Part shown: positions 31,011 to 40,022 of the stretch, in pieces | Layout of the letters: the number at the start of each line of letters is the position of its first letter | How positions within the stretch are numbered: the stretch's first letter is position 1 | Source: Nitrosopumilus sp. | GTDB taxonomy: Archaea; Thermoproteota; Nitrososphaeria; Nitrososphaerales; Nitrosopumilaceae | DNA: 64,000 bases | Assembly: GCA_965223425.1 (NCBI GenBank) | Contig: CBDCWS010000001.1 | Span: forward strand, 59,098 to 123,097 | Direction: 5' to 3' | Notes under the pieces: model-generated | What the model was told of the DNA's origin: nothing | What the model saw: the letters and a program-made list of their open reading frames with translations, nothing else | Database searches by the model: none | Position numbers and translations under genes: made by a program

Positions 31011-31634
31011 TCAAGAACTTTGCGAAGTTTCGCCTTCGTCTTTTATTGCATCGGGGGTCTGCTTTTTCGGTTTGTATTTCTCGCACTGTGCCAAACTTTT
31101 ACCGGTGATAAAGGCAATATCCAAAGTGGAGTTGCCTTCATTATACAAGCGTTGAATTTCAGCGATGCCCTCGTCGCTGAGTTGAAATCGCTGCGCGCCG
31201 ATCCCCATTTTTTTCTGCCGTTTTTTGATGACCTCACTCGGCAAGATGTTGGCAACTCTGGCAACGATGAGCGAGAAATAACGATGTAGCGAGGCAAGCG
31301 AAACGCCCGTCTCCACGTGAACATCTTCAAGACATGCGGTGAACCAGCGCGATGGATTCTTTTTGACCCATTGCCTGATCTTCTTCTGTTGCGTCTGTTG
31401 CGACGTGAGTCCCCTTTTTTCCTGCCGTTTTTTCTCAACCTCGCTCGGCAAGATGTTGGCAACTCTGGCAACGATGAGTCGGTAATAGCGATACACCGAG
31501 ACAAGCGAAACGTCCGTCTCCACGTGAATATCTTTGTAAGTTGCGGTAAACCAGCGCGATGGGTTGTTTTCAACCCACGTCTTGATTTTGTTCTGTATTT
31601 CAGGGTCTTTCCACGGTTTTGGCATCAATTCCAT
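31011..31634 (-). CDS. Putative DNA-binding protein with an internal ~60-aa duplication
   Basis: KI..WV..NPSRWFTA...D.HVET.VSL.S..RY..LIVARVANILPSEV occurs twice; HTH-like C-terminus. Confidence 0.65.
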   Translation of the reverse strand: MELMPKPWKDPEIQNKIKTWVENNPSRWFTATYKDIHVETDVSLVSVYRYYRLIVARVANILPSEVEKKRQEKRGLTSQQTQQKKIRQWVKKNPSRWFTACLEDVHVETGVSLASLHRYFSLIVARVANILPSEVIKKRQKKMGIGAQRFQLSDEGIAEIQRLYNEGNSTLDIAFITGKSLAQCEKYKPKKQTPDAIKDEGETSQSS

Positions 31635-31676
31635 CTCCTCTCTTTTGTAAGCGTTGAAACGGTTGAGGCACTGTCA

Positions 31677-32021
31677 TCAGATATATTCGGCAACAATTGC
31701 GTTGGCACACTCTAAGAGAATGGAGAGCTGTTCTCGCTCGGTGAGTCCATCGTATTGGTTGATGAATGTCTCAAAGATCGCACACGAGAGATTATCCAGG
31801 ACTTGTTGATGTTCAACTTGTCCAACAGTGTCCAAGAGCGCATCGAGTAAGCCCTTCAAAGTCGGTAGGTTCAGGTCATCGAGGGATGTGTCCTGTGGAT
31901 CGTCATCTATAGCGTCATCGGTTGAAAGCAGGTGCTGGATCAAATCACTCTCAGGGATTGTGAGTCGCTCATAGATGCTTTCTAAGGCTTTCGTCTCATC
32001 AACGATCTCTCTGTAACTCAA
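31677..32021 (-). CDS. Acidic hypothetical protein
   Basis: Co-oriented ORF overlapping the stop of the upstream gene. Confidence 0.5.
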   Translation of the reverse strand: MSYREIVDETKALESIYERLTIPESDLIQHLLSTDDAIDDDPQDTSLDDLNLPTLKGLLDALLDTVGQVEHQQVLDNLSCAIFETFINQYDGLTEREQLSILLECANAIVAEYI

Positions 32022-33253
32022 CCCGTGAAAGGTTTGCGCGAAAATATTATCGCGCAGCTCGAACAGCCGAAGCAGTTTTTTTGAAATGCATCCAAGCCAA
32101 GCACATCCGAGAGGTTTCGGTTTTCCAAGTAGAACTTAGAGATGTCCTTATGAAGTTGCCCATGCTTCTCCTGGACGCGTTTCTGCGCCCTTGAACACAC
32201 GTCATCGGCAATGGCTTTGATCTCGAGATCCGTGAGGTTGTATTGCGATCTCAGCGCACGATACTCCATATTACCCTTGTTCAACTCGCCGTGCAAGTTA
32301 AAAAGTCTTTTCAGCTCCTGACGGCATCCGTCTGGATCGGGTTCGACTTCATTGACAGGTTGCTCTGTGTCGGGTGCTGCCTCGGATGGCTCGGAAACCT
32401 TCAGCACTTGACGGACACGTAAGACAAACGAGAAGGTGTCATTTTCCATCAATCTCAGCAATTGCTTGAGTTCCTTTGCCATTGCTCCGCCTTGCTCGTC
32501 AGAGAACATGCTTTGCCGCAACGCTGCAATGAGCATTGACGGACTCGCCTTGTCGATGTGATCGCTTTCATACTGACACCTTGCCTTGTCCCGTTTCTTC
32601 CATTGTGGGATTTCCGTCGAGACTTTTTCCCAAAGCCTTTTCAGGTCATCAGAGGCGTGAGGTATCCCGCTAACCTGAAGGTTAGCGAGATCAACTTTTC
32701 GCCGCGGCTCCGCGGCGGGTTTCTTCAAGACTTCGGATGCCGTCTTTTCACCGCTGATCACGGCTTCAGACGCACCGGCTTTCTCGACTTGAACCGCCGT
32801 AGAAATCGTTCGCTTAGAAACACCCGCTTCCTCAGCGAGTTCCGCCTGTGTTTTCAAGTCGCAATCTTGCAACTTGCTCTGCGTCCTATCACCACCATGC
32901 TCAAATCGCGCATTGAAAGATACAACGATCTGCGCACGCTGTGCCGCCGACAAATGCCGACGCTCGATATTCCGAGCCAGCACAAACGCTGCGGGATCGC
33001 CTTCTTCTTTCTCGTTCCATTGCCGAAACCGCAGTTTTCGGAGCAAGTTCAGCTGCTTCGCGGCACGATAGCGATACCAGCCATCTAAGACCTCATCGCC
33101 AACGAGACGGATCACATCGTCAATGAAACCGTCTTTCTCAACGCTCACAAGCAGCGACGCGTAGTCGGGATCGGGCATATCCCCAAAGATTGCCGACAAC
33201 TCATGACGTTGGAGTGTGTCGGAATCGGTGAACTTGCGATCCATTGAGATCAT
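32018..33253 (-). CDS. Phage-type protein with a ParB-like N-terminal domain and an HTH
   Basis: VLDGWYRYRAA, ARNIERRHLSAAQRA and TQAELAEEAGVSKRTI. Confidence 0.75.
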   Translation of the reverse strand: MISMDRKFTDSDTLQRHELSAIFGDMPDPDYASLLVSVEKDGFIDDVIRLVGDEVLDGWYRYRAAKQLNLLRKLRFRQWNEKEEGDPAAFVLARNIERRHLSAAQRAQIVVSFNARFEHGGDRTQSKLQDCDLKTQAELAEEAGVSKRTISTAVQVEKAGASEAVISGEKTASEVLKKPAAEPRRKVDLANLQVSGIPHASDDLKRLWEKVSTEIPQWKKRDKARCQYESDHIDKASPSMLIAALRQSMFSDEQGGAMAKELKQLLRLMENDTFSFVLRVRQVLKVSEPSEAAPDTEQPVNEVEPDPDGCRQELKRLFNLHGELNKGNMEYRALRSQYNLTDLEIKAIADDVCSRAQKRVQEKHGQLHKDISKFYLENRNLSDVLGLDAFQKNCFGCSSCAIIFSRKPFTG

Positions 33254-33270
33254 CGGTGGGACACAACACG

Positions 33271-33558
33271 TCAGGGGACGGTATCGGTGAGATCGCCTCC
33301 AATCGAGTCTTTATGGTATTCGTGGTAGTCCTGAATCTCGTAAGTCGCGTATCCATCTATGGTGACGCTATCGGCATTATGTGTCCTTTCATGGATAGGG
33401 ATTTTAGATGCCATGATGCCCTCAAAGCGTGGCACTTCGCCCGCGTGGTATTTGCTGAACTTCTCAGCGAATTCACGCCGTGCTGCGACGCTTGGAAAGC
33501 GAAGATTAATATAATGGTAATCGGAATGATATATCCGACCATAGCGATTTTTGGACAT
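33271..33558 (-). CDS. Hypothetical protein
   Basis: AAGGAG RBS before MSKNRYG. Confidence 0.55.
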   Translation of the reverse strand: MSKNRYGRIYHSDYHYINLRFPSVAARREFAEKFSKYHAGEVPRFEGIMASKIPIHERTHNADSVTIDGYATYEIQDYHEYHKDSIGGDLTDTVP

Positions 33559-33693
33559 GAGATTTCTCCTTTCTCCCTGCCTAACGGTGTTGCGGGTAGA
33601 AGGGTCTTTGGAAAGTCCACACGGACTTTCTCCTTCCTTGCAACTTTGAGGTTGCGAGGACACCTCTCCATCGACCCATTCGCCATTTGGCGA

Positions 33694-34383
33694 TCATACC
33701 TCTTTTTTAACCGTGTAGCCGAGTGCGATGACCTTCGCGACAAGTGCTTCGGCTTGAAATTGGTCAAGCGGGTCGCGTGGGTTATCTTCGGCATCAAGCG
33801 ACATCGCTTCCACCGCGGCTTGTGCCGAGACATAGTTGACACCGATATAGGCTTGTGTCGTCGAGACGTTCTTGTGTCCGAGCAGCTCCTTGACCATATA
33901 GATGTCGTTACACTTGTCATAAAGCCGTTGTGCGAAGGTTTTCCGCATCGTGTGTGTCGCGAGTTTACCCGTGAGACCTGCGGCGCGAAACGCTGCGTCG
34001 AGTATTTTATGGATGGCGTGGCGTTTCACCGCTTTATCTGTGCCTTTGCGAGACGGAAATAACGGCATATCGGGATGCAGGCTGCCAAAGTATGTGCATT
34101 GCCAAGCAATAATCTCCGCAATCGCCTTGCGGCCATCAGTGTTGACAGGGATCGTCCGACTGGTTTCACCGCCTTTGACGATCGACTTATCAAACTGAAA
34201 ATCGCTCACGGGTTGACCGTTCTGGTAAACATCACTGACTTTGAGGGCAAGCAGTTCTGAAACCCGCCCGCCAATCGACACACCGAGCATAAACAGACCA
34301 CGATTCCGCTTCGCGTATGTACCCTGAAACGCATCACGGACTTTGCGGATCTCATCATTTGTTAGGGGTCTTGTTCCCTTCAT
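33694..34383 (-). CDS. Tyrosine recombinase/resolvase, intact catalytic-domain-only type
   Basis: GGRVSE, KGG, THTMRKT, LLGH and TQAY (R-K-H-R-H-Y set). Confidence 0.92.
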   Translation of the reverse strand: MKGTRPLTNDEIRKVRDAFQGTYAKRNRGLFMLGVSIGGRVSELLALKVSDVYQNGQPVSDFQFDKSIVKGGETSRTIPVNTDGRKAIAEIIAWQCTYFGSLHPDMPLFPSRKGTDKAVKRHAIHKILDAAFRAAGLTGKLATHTMRKTFAQRLYDKCNDIYMVKELLGHKNVSTTQAYIGVNYVSAQAAVEAMSLDAEDNPRDPLDQFQAEALVAKVIALGYTVKKEV

Positions 34384-34627
34384 TTGTCTTACCTCCGATC
34401 CCCGACTGAAATTGCAATAAACCTAATTGTTGCGTGCCAGCGGGGGTTTGAAAGAGTTCGGGTTGTATCGCAACGCCCTCAGAGGCTGCAAACATGTCCG
34501 CAAGATTCTCAAATTCTTGGTATCCAGCGGGGAGTTGGGGCGAAAACAAGCGATAAATACCGTTGTCAATCTCGCCATCTGCGAGGGTGTTCCCCACAGT
34601 GTCCATCAGTTGAAATGGGGTTACCAT
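34355..34627 (-). CDS. Hypothetical protein
   Basis: AGGAG RBS; position within the operon. Confidence 0.5.
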   Translation of the reverse strand: MVTPFQLMDTVGNTLADGEIDNGIYRLFSPQLPAGYQEFENLADMFAASEGVAIQPELFQTPAGTQQLGLLQFQSGIGGKTNEGNKTPNK

Positions 34628-34703
34628 AAACCATTCTCCTATTTGTCAAGCGTTAAGGCGTTGACGCCAACGCATATCCAGCGGGATCGGTAAAATGTTG
34701 CCA

Positions 34704-34979
34704 TTAGTAGGGTATCTCGTGTTGGAACTCACCCGTAAGCGCGTCAAAGTATCCACTGGCTTTCGGGAGTTTTTTGGTAATTTGCGCGATAGCGTTGCCA
34801 TCGCGCATGAGAAAAACTTTCGTGTGTTCAGGTATAAACCGGACATCTGCCACCCGCACATTGCCAACAAAAACCGCAGGTCGCTCACAGGGGAATGCCC
34901 CTACATGTTCGCACTTGATTTCTGCGCCGGTGTAACGTTGTAGGTAGCGTTGGGCTACCTGTAATCTAATCGTCTTCAT
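34704..34979 (-). CDS. Hypothetical protein
   Basis: AAGGAG RBS; position within the operon. Confidence 0.55.
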   Translation of the reverse strand: MKTIRLQVAQRYLQRYTGAEIKCEHVGAFPCERPAVFVGNVRVADVRFIPEHTKVFLMRDGNAIAQITKKLPKASGYFDALTGEFQHEIPY

Positions 34980-34988
34980 GTAACTCCT

Positions 34989-35321
34989 TTATATTTCGCG
35001 TCTGATGCCAACGACCTTGCCCGCATGGATATGGACATAATCGCCTTTTTGGATACCTTTCGCGTCTATATCCGTCGCGGCACGGTAAAGATGCGGGATC
35101 GGCTTGATCACCTGAATCGCATGCGGTCTTGATGGCTGTTCTTTGAGGTAGCCTTTGCGCGCTAACCGCTGGATATGTTTGTGCGCGGCTTTCTCCGTGA
35201 TGTCAAGTTCCTTCCCTATTTCCGGTATTGTCGGCGAAAAACGATGCGTCTCGATAAACGCTTGGATACACAGGATTATATCACGCTGGCGCGGTGTGAG
35301 TACATTTCTTCGCTTTGCCAT
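34989..35321 (-). CDS. Miniature LexA-like repressor: DNA-binding domain with a collapsed peptidase domain
   Basis: LTPRQRDI...FIETHRFSPTIPEIGKEL...HIQRLARKGYL. The tail GIQKGDYV...GKVVGIRR resembles LexA C-terminal strands. Confidence 0.8.
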   Translation of the reverse strand: MAKRRNVLTPRQRDIILCIQAFIETHRFSPTIPEIGKELDITEKAAHKHIQRLARKGYLKEQPSRPHAIQVIKPIPHLYRAATDIDAKGIQKGDYVHIHAGKVVGIRREI

Positions 35322-35575
35322 TGATTTTCAAGGAGGCATCGCTGCGTAAGAAAGTGGCGAGGCTGCGGAAGTTGGCAAGTGCTGTTTTCAAAAGCAAAAC
35401 AGAACGTAACCTTTTGCGAGCCGTGCAGAGATGCTGCTGCCGTTGGGCATTCCCGAAGGGAAACATCATCTCTATGTAGCCTCACAACCTCGCGACTTTC
35501 TAATCCCTGCCTCACAGAAAAGTCGTAGTTTCCGTTCGGCTCGCCCGAAGGGAAACCACGACTTTTCAGATTGGG
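35322..35575 (-). ncRNA. Candidate structured RNA / leader (254 nt)
   Basis: 19-bp stem (35349-35367 with 35483-35501) and 23-bp hairpin (35517-35567); both have G-U pairs only on the minus strand. Confidence 0.5.
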
Positions 35576-36028
35576 TTATTCACGTTCATCATCAGATGCG
35601 CATGGGTCAGCATTCAGGGTGTCATCCAGACGCGTCACATCCGCCCTTAATCCCTCTTGCCCTTTCGACAACGCCCTGAAGTTTGAAAACAGAAGTTCCA
35701 ACCGTTTATACATTTCATTCTGTAGGGTGTCTACCGACTGGACAATCGTCTTGGGATCGGCATTGACATCCTTGATAGCAAGGTTCTCATATTGGACATC
35801 TCTTATCAGAAAACTATTCCAATACTTGGTATGAATATCCGCACCGATATACACGTGCGTGTTCTTTACACCTATCGCTAAATCGCCACTGTCCATAAGC
35901 GGACGGACAAGTTTCTCTTTAGAGAAATGTAGCCAGTAAGAACCATCTTCACGGCAACGAAACACCGGAGCATCTTCGACGATCCCCTTTTGCGTGAAGG
36001 TCAATTTTGTTGGATACAAGATTACCAC
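35576..36028 (-). CDS. Hypothetical protein
   Basis: GGAGG RBS; position within the operon. Confidence 0.55.
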   Translation of the reverse strand: MVILYPTKLTFTQKGIVEDAPVFRCREDGSYWLHFSKEKLVRPLMDSGDLAIGVKNTHVYIGADIHTKYWNSFLIRDVQYENLAIKDVNADPKTIVQSVDTLQNEMYKRLELLFSNFRALSKGQEGLRADVTRLDDTLNADPCASDDERE

Positions 36029-36040
36029 TGTCTTTGCCTC

Positions 36041-36430
36041 CTAAAGATACCGACGCCAGACTTCGCCGTTGGTATGGCGGAATAGGTCAGCCGCGAGGTC
36101 TGAATCGTCGATGTCTAACATCCATTCCGATGCCCCGACGTTCCACGTATAGATTTTCAAGGGGATTGGATGTACCTTATTTTCGTTGTCGAAAGCCTCG
36201 ATCCAGTCCCAAAGCCGTTCGTTGATTGTCAGTTGCGTCAGTGTTTCTCCGTTGGCATCAAGGATGGATGCACATTCGTTGTCAATACAAGCGTTGCAGT
36301 CGGGGAACATCCGTTCTAACGCCCGCGCGACGGGGCATGCTTCGCAACTCCCATGAATGCCGTGTTGAATATCAGCGTCTGTGACGTTGCCCTTCATGCC
36401 GTCGAGTGTTGTGAAATCTAAATACGTCAT
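36041..36430 (-). CDS. Phage-type protein with a VTxxDIxxG...CPVAxA domain
   Basis: VTDADIQHG...CPVARALER...WIEAFD...VHP. Confidence 0.6.
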   Translation of the reverse strand: MTYLDFTTLDGMKGNVTDADIQHGIHGSCEACPVARALERMFPDCNACIDNECASILDANGETLTQLTINERLWDWIEAFDNENKVHPIPLKIYTWNVGASEWMLDIDDSDLAADLFRHTNGEVWRRYL

Positions 36431-36467
36431 TGATTTTCAGGGACGTGTCGCCACGCCCCTGCCCTCA

Positions 36468-37514
36468 TTAGATAAAACCTTCTTCCTTGAGGCTGACAAA
36501 TATCCCGTCACCGATGATGACGTGATCCAAAACCTTGATCCCGATGTGGTTGCCCGCCTCTATCAATTGCTTCGTCGTCTGAATATCCTCTTGGCTCGGC
36601 CGTGGATCGCCCGATGGGTGATTATGAACAAGCACGATGGTATTCGCCGATTCCTCAATGGCAAATCTGAAAATCTCGCGCGGGTGAAAGACACTGGCAT
36701 TCAGCGTTCCCTCAAAGACGGTGGACTCGCCAAGTAGTTTGCCCCACGTCAAATCGCCCGCAAGATCGCCCGCTCTGCCTTTCGTCGTCACGTTGCCCTT
36801 CGTGTCAAGACACAACACACAAACGATCTCCTTGTGTAGATACCGCATTTTTGACATCATCAGGTCGGCAACATCACTCGGCGCGGTGATCTTATCCTTC
36901 TCGGCGTGGCAGCGTGCGAGTCGCTTGCCCAACTCCAACGCCGCGACGATCTTCTCTGCCCGCGTTTTGCCCATGCCCTTGACTTTCTGTATGTGCTTGG
37001 CTGTTGTCCCTGCTATGCGTGCAAGGTTGCCCTCGTAGGCGATCAGCACGTCCTCAGCGATAGACACAGGCGCACCGCTAACTTTTGCCATGAGTTCAGG
37101 ATCTGTCAAATACTCAATCGGTCGCGCCGCGACTTGTGCCTTGACTTCGGCGAGAATTCGCAGACTTGCCGATGCCTCCGCTTGCTTTTGCTTGCGTTCG
37201 GCTTCGGCTTGCTGATGCGCTGGCGAGTCGCCCCTATGATCTCTGACCTCTTCCACGAACCCGTCAGGACTCACAGGTTCATAACGCCGATCCATGAACA
37301 CGGCGCGGTCTAAGTCCTCAAACGTCATCGCCGAGTCGTCATTGAAATGGACTTTGATCGTTTCGTGTTCCGTGCCGTCTGTCTCGTCTATCTCGGAGAA
37401 CCCCGAAAACTTGACGATCTGGATTTCTGTCCCTTCTTCGTTCTTAAAGACACAACCCACATCAAACAAGCCCCAACCTTCCGAAAAGTGGTCTTGTGAG
37501 AGTGCGATTTTCAT
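36468..37514 (-). CDS. radC: RadC-family (HhH + JAB/MPN) protein with an extra N-terminal domain
   Basis: VKGMGKTRA..I.AALELGKR, FEGTLNASVFHPREIF, HNHPSGDPRPSQED and VLDHVII. Confidence 0.92.
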   Translation of the reverse strand: MKIALSQDHFSEGWGLFDVGCVFKNEEGTEIQIVKFSGFSEIDETDGTEHETIKVHFNDDSAMTFEDLDRAVFMDRRYEPVSPDGFVEEVRDHRGDSPAHQQAEAERKQKQAEASASLRILAEVKAQVAARPIEYLTDPELMAKVSGAPVSIAEDVLIAYEGNLARIAGTTAKHIQKVKGMGKTRAEKIVAALELGKRLARCHAEKDKITAPSDVADLMMSKMRYLHKEIVCVLCLDTKGNVTTKGRAGDLAGDLTWGKLLGESTVFEGTLNASVFHPREIFRFAIEESANTIVLVHNHPSGDPRPSQEDIQTTKQLIEAGNHIGIKVLDHVIIGDGIFVSLKEEGFI

Positions 37515-37621
37515 GATACAATATCCTCTGTAGTGGCTTCACTACGTTATGGATAGGCGCGGGGTGTCTTCCCGCGCCTGCCCGCGTGAGAGAGGCGCGT
37601 CCCGAAGGACACACACTTGCC

Positions 37622-38407
37622 TCATTCGTCATCAATATGCACTTCGTAGCCTGCCTCGATGTATAACTTACTCACACCGCGCCGTCTGAGTGCCTCCTTC
37701 GTGGTGTAGATACCACCGGCGTTATCACAGAGGTACGTCAGGTGTCCAGCCCGACCCGATGCGCTCCAATTTTCGCCAGACGCGTCGTCAAATATGACAT
37801 GGACTGCAATCTGCTCCGGCGTCGGATCAAATTCAATCAGCGTTGCTGCGGGATCGGTTTTCGCACAGCATTCAATACATTCGCCGACAAAACCGTGCAT
37901 GAGTTTGCGAATGTTGAAAAGTGCCGGGACGTGTGAGGCTTGCAAGTCAGCGAAGTGTGCATCGCATAAAATAAATGTGCCGACCTCTGCCTTCGTGAAT
38001 GTGTTCATCACATTTACAAGGATCATTTGTGAGTCCTCCTTTATTCCGATCCAAAGCCGTTCATCGGGTTCTATTTCCTGTTCTTCGACTTCTTCTGGGG
38101 TGTAGCCGTCGGGTGGAAATTCTTGCCTGTAGATGTGGATTGTGCAGAGTGTCATCTTATGCCCCCACGCATATCGCTGAAACCAGCAATCCAGTGTCCC
38201 CGCAGTCATCAGCGTGCCAACCACGCCATCGTTTTCGAGTATATCCGCAATTTCATGTGCAGGATAGAGTGCGAATTCAACGTCCTTGCCCCCTATCTCT
38301 GTCAAGACCTCGTTCATTGCGAGGGTGACGGGATCAGCACCGATCCCGTCGATATGTGCCTGTGTCACAGGTATCTCTTTACCAAGCAGTGAGTTGTAGT
38401 CAAACAT
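37622..38407 (-). CDS. Hypothetical protein; N-terminus related to 36041-36430
   Basis: IPVTQAHIDG..DPVTLAM...; GAGGT RBS. Confidence 0.55.
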   Translation of the reverse strand: MFDYNSLLGKEIPVTQAHIDGIGADPVTLAMNEVLTEIGGKDVEFALYPAHEIADILENDGVVGTLMTAGTLDCWFQRYAWGHKMTLCTIHIYRQEFPPDGYTPEEVEEQEIEPDERLWIGIKEDSQMILVNVMNTFTKAEVGTFILCDAHFADLQASHVPALFNIRKLMHGFVGECIECCAKTDPAATLIEFDPTPEQIAVHVIFDDASGENWSASGRAGHLTYLCDNAGGIYTTKEALRRRGVSKLYIEAGYEVHIDDE

Positions 38408-38771
38408 GATACACCTCTTTGAGTTCTTTGAGTTGCCTGTCTATCGTGGATATATCCGCACGAATACTGCGCATCAGACTCGGAAAGGCTTGCGCTTGTG
38501 CCTTACGGAGCGACATCAGTAAATACAACCGATCTCTTTGGAGTCGGCTTTTCTTTTCTTTGGCTGTGCCGACAAACATAAAATCCTCGTTGCCTTTGAA
38601 AATCTTGGACTTTTGGATCAGCACGCCTCCAATCCCGCTTGGAAACCCGAATAAAAGATCGCGCAAATCCGACTGTGAAATGTTACGCAACTGTTTTGCC
38701 GCGGTACGCATACTCCACCATGTCCCGATCCCTAAAATCCGCTCCAAACGTTGCTGTGTATACCTTGCCAT
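38400..38771 (-). CDS. Basic hypothetical protein
   Basis: Overlaps the next gene; position within the operon. Confidence 0.5.
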   Translation of the reverse strand: MARYTQQRLERILGIGTWWSMRTAAKQLRNISQSDLRDLLFGFPSGIGGVLIQKSKIFKGNEDFMFVGTAKEKKSRLQRDRLYLLMSLRKAQAQAFPSLMRSIRADISTIDRQLKELKEVYHV

Positions 38772-38776
38772 AATAC

Positions 38777-39082
38777 TCAATTAACCTCCATGCCTCTTGA
38801 CTTCATGCTGTAGGTAGTTGATAGCGTGCTTGAGGCGTTCTGTATAGACAAATCGCTCTCTGGATCCTTGCTATCCATCGGCACGCTCACAGCCTCGTGA
38901 AGACAGCCTAACGCCTTTTGAATGTTCGTTGCCGTGATCTTCTTATGACGCATTAGAATGCTCCTGTAGTGGAAGGCATCGGTGGCGTAAGGTAAACAAC
39001 CTTTAGGTGGTTTTCTACCTTTTCGCCCCGATTCAGGTTTAAAAACCTCGCCCTGTCCTGTCTCGGTTATTGGCGTTGCCAA
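38777..39082 (-). CDS. Hypothetical protein
   Basis: Overlaps the stop of the upstream gene. Confidence 0.45.
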   Translation of the reverse strand: MATPITETGQGEVFKPESGRKGRKPPKGCLPYATDAFHYRSILMRHKKITATNIQKALGCLHEAVSVPMDSKDPESDLSIQNASSTLSTTYSMKSRGMEVN

Positions 39083-39834
39083 ACCACCGTGTCCTCGTGT
39101 GTGATCTTCACTGTCTTCTTGCCTGCATAAAACTGTAGGTAGAAATCCAATTCCTCTTTATCACCTTCAAGGATACGCTTCGCAGTCCTGCCGTTCACAC
39201 TGCTCACATGCACCTCACCGGTCGCGGTGTGCAGACTAAAAGGCACGCGCTCATAGACTTTGTAAGGCTCTAACACAAACGTTGCTGGCTCTACGGCTTC
39301 ACCCGCATCAAAACGTTTCATAAACGCTTGTGCTGCATCACAGAGTTTTGCTAACTGGTAGCCCCCCGGCTTTGGACACAAATGATAGTAGCAGATCATC
39401 TCGCGTGTCTCACGTGTTTGGCGTTTGTAGGCTTCGACAATTGCCCCGCCGTAGTGTCCGCTGTCGCTACTATACTGTTTTCTTGGCGACTGTAGACGTT
39501 TAAACCAGTTTTCGCCATACAGGGTTTTACGCGTCTCACGTCCCTTGTCAATATCCGCCTGTGTGATGTGCAGTTCGAGAGGTTCAGGAATCAGGGAAAG
39601 TAGCCCCAAGTATTGAAGCACCAACGCCCCGTCTTCGTCTTCCTCGTTCCAGCGCGGTGTCCCTGTGCAAGATTCGTAGTCGTCTGGCAGTTCTTTGATG
39701 CGTTCATCGGATAACCAGATACCGCCATGACCTGCTGTCGAGACGCTGATAACGCCGTCGGCGATACGGTGGTAGTGTTGAATAGCACCCCACGGGGTTG
39801 CTATACGAGGGTAAAAACGATTTTGCGTATTCAT
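39067..39834 (-). CDS. DUF7007-like mobile-element protein fused to an ITQADIDKG domain
   Basis: TPWGAIQ...ADGVISVSTAGHGGIWLS...W.EED. An AAGGAG RBS places the start at 39834, not 39975. Confidence 0.65.
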   Translation of the reverse strand: MNTQNRFYPRIATPWGAIQHYHRIADGVISVSTAGHGGIWLSDERIKELPDDYESCTGTPRWNEEDEDGALVLQYLGLLSLIPEPLELHITQADIDKGRETRKTLYGENWFKRLQSPRKQYSSDSGHYGGAIVEAYKRQTRETREMICYYHLCPKPGGYQLAKLCDAAQAFMKRFDAGEAVEPATFVLEPYKVYERVPFSLHTATGEVHVSSVNGRTAKRILEGDKEELDFYLQFYAGKKTVKITHEDTVVWQRQ

Positions 39835-39962
39835 GATACTCCTTGACGGATATATCCGCCCTGTTGTACAATGATAGCGAAGGGATAACGCCCCTTCACT
39901 GTGATATAGCAATATTTTAGGGTAGGTCTTTGCCTGCCCTAATTTGTATCCGCCCATTACGG

Positions 39963-40022
39963 ATACAATACGCAAGCGCGGAGTTGAACCGCGCCAAGCG
40001 CACCGTCTGCGTTGCGTTGTAT
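39963..40022 (-). ncRNA. Anticodon-less tRNA-like element (closing stem + D-like arm + T arm)
   Basis: CGCAA-[CGCA-GACGG-TGCG]-CTTG-[GCGCGG-TTCAACT-CCGCGC]-TTGCG; no anticodon arm and no CCA. Confidence 0.6.

Noticed and set aside
31200-31600. Diversity-generating retroelement TR/VR pair
   Set aside because: Both repeats are in-frame parts of one ORF, the differences are not adenine-specific, and the window has no reverse transcriptase.
33244-34062. 272-aa plus-strand ORF
   Set aside because: It is antisense to the recombinase and its neighbours, which have clear motifs and RBSs.
39963-40022. Canonical tRNA gene
   Set aside because: It has no anticodon arm, is too short and has no CCA; it is kept only as a tRNA-like element.
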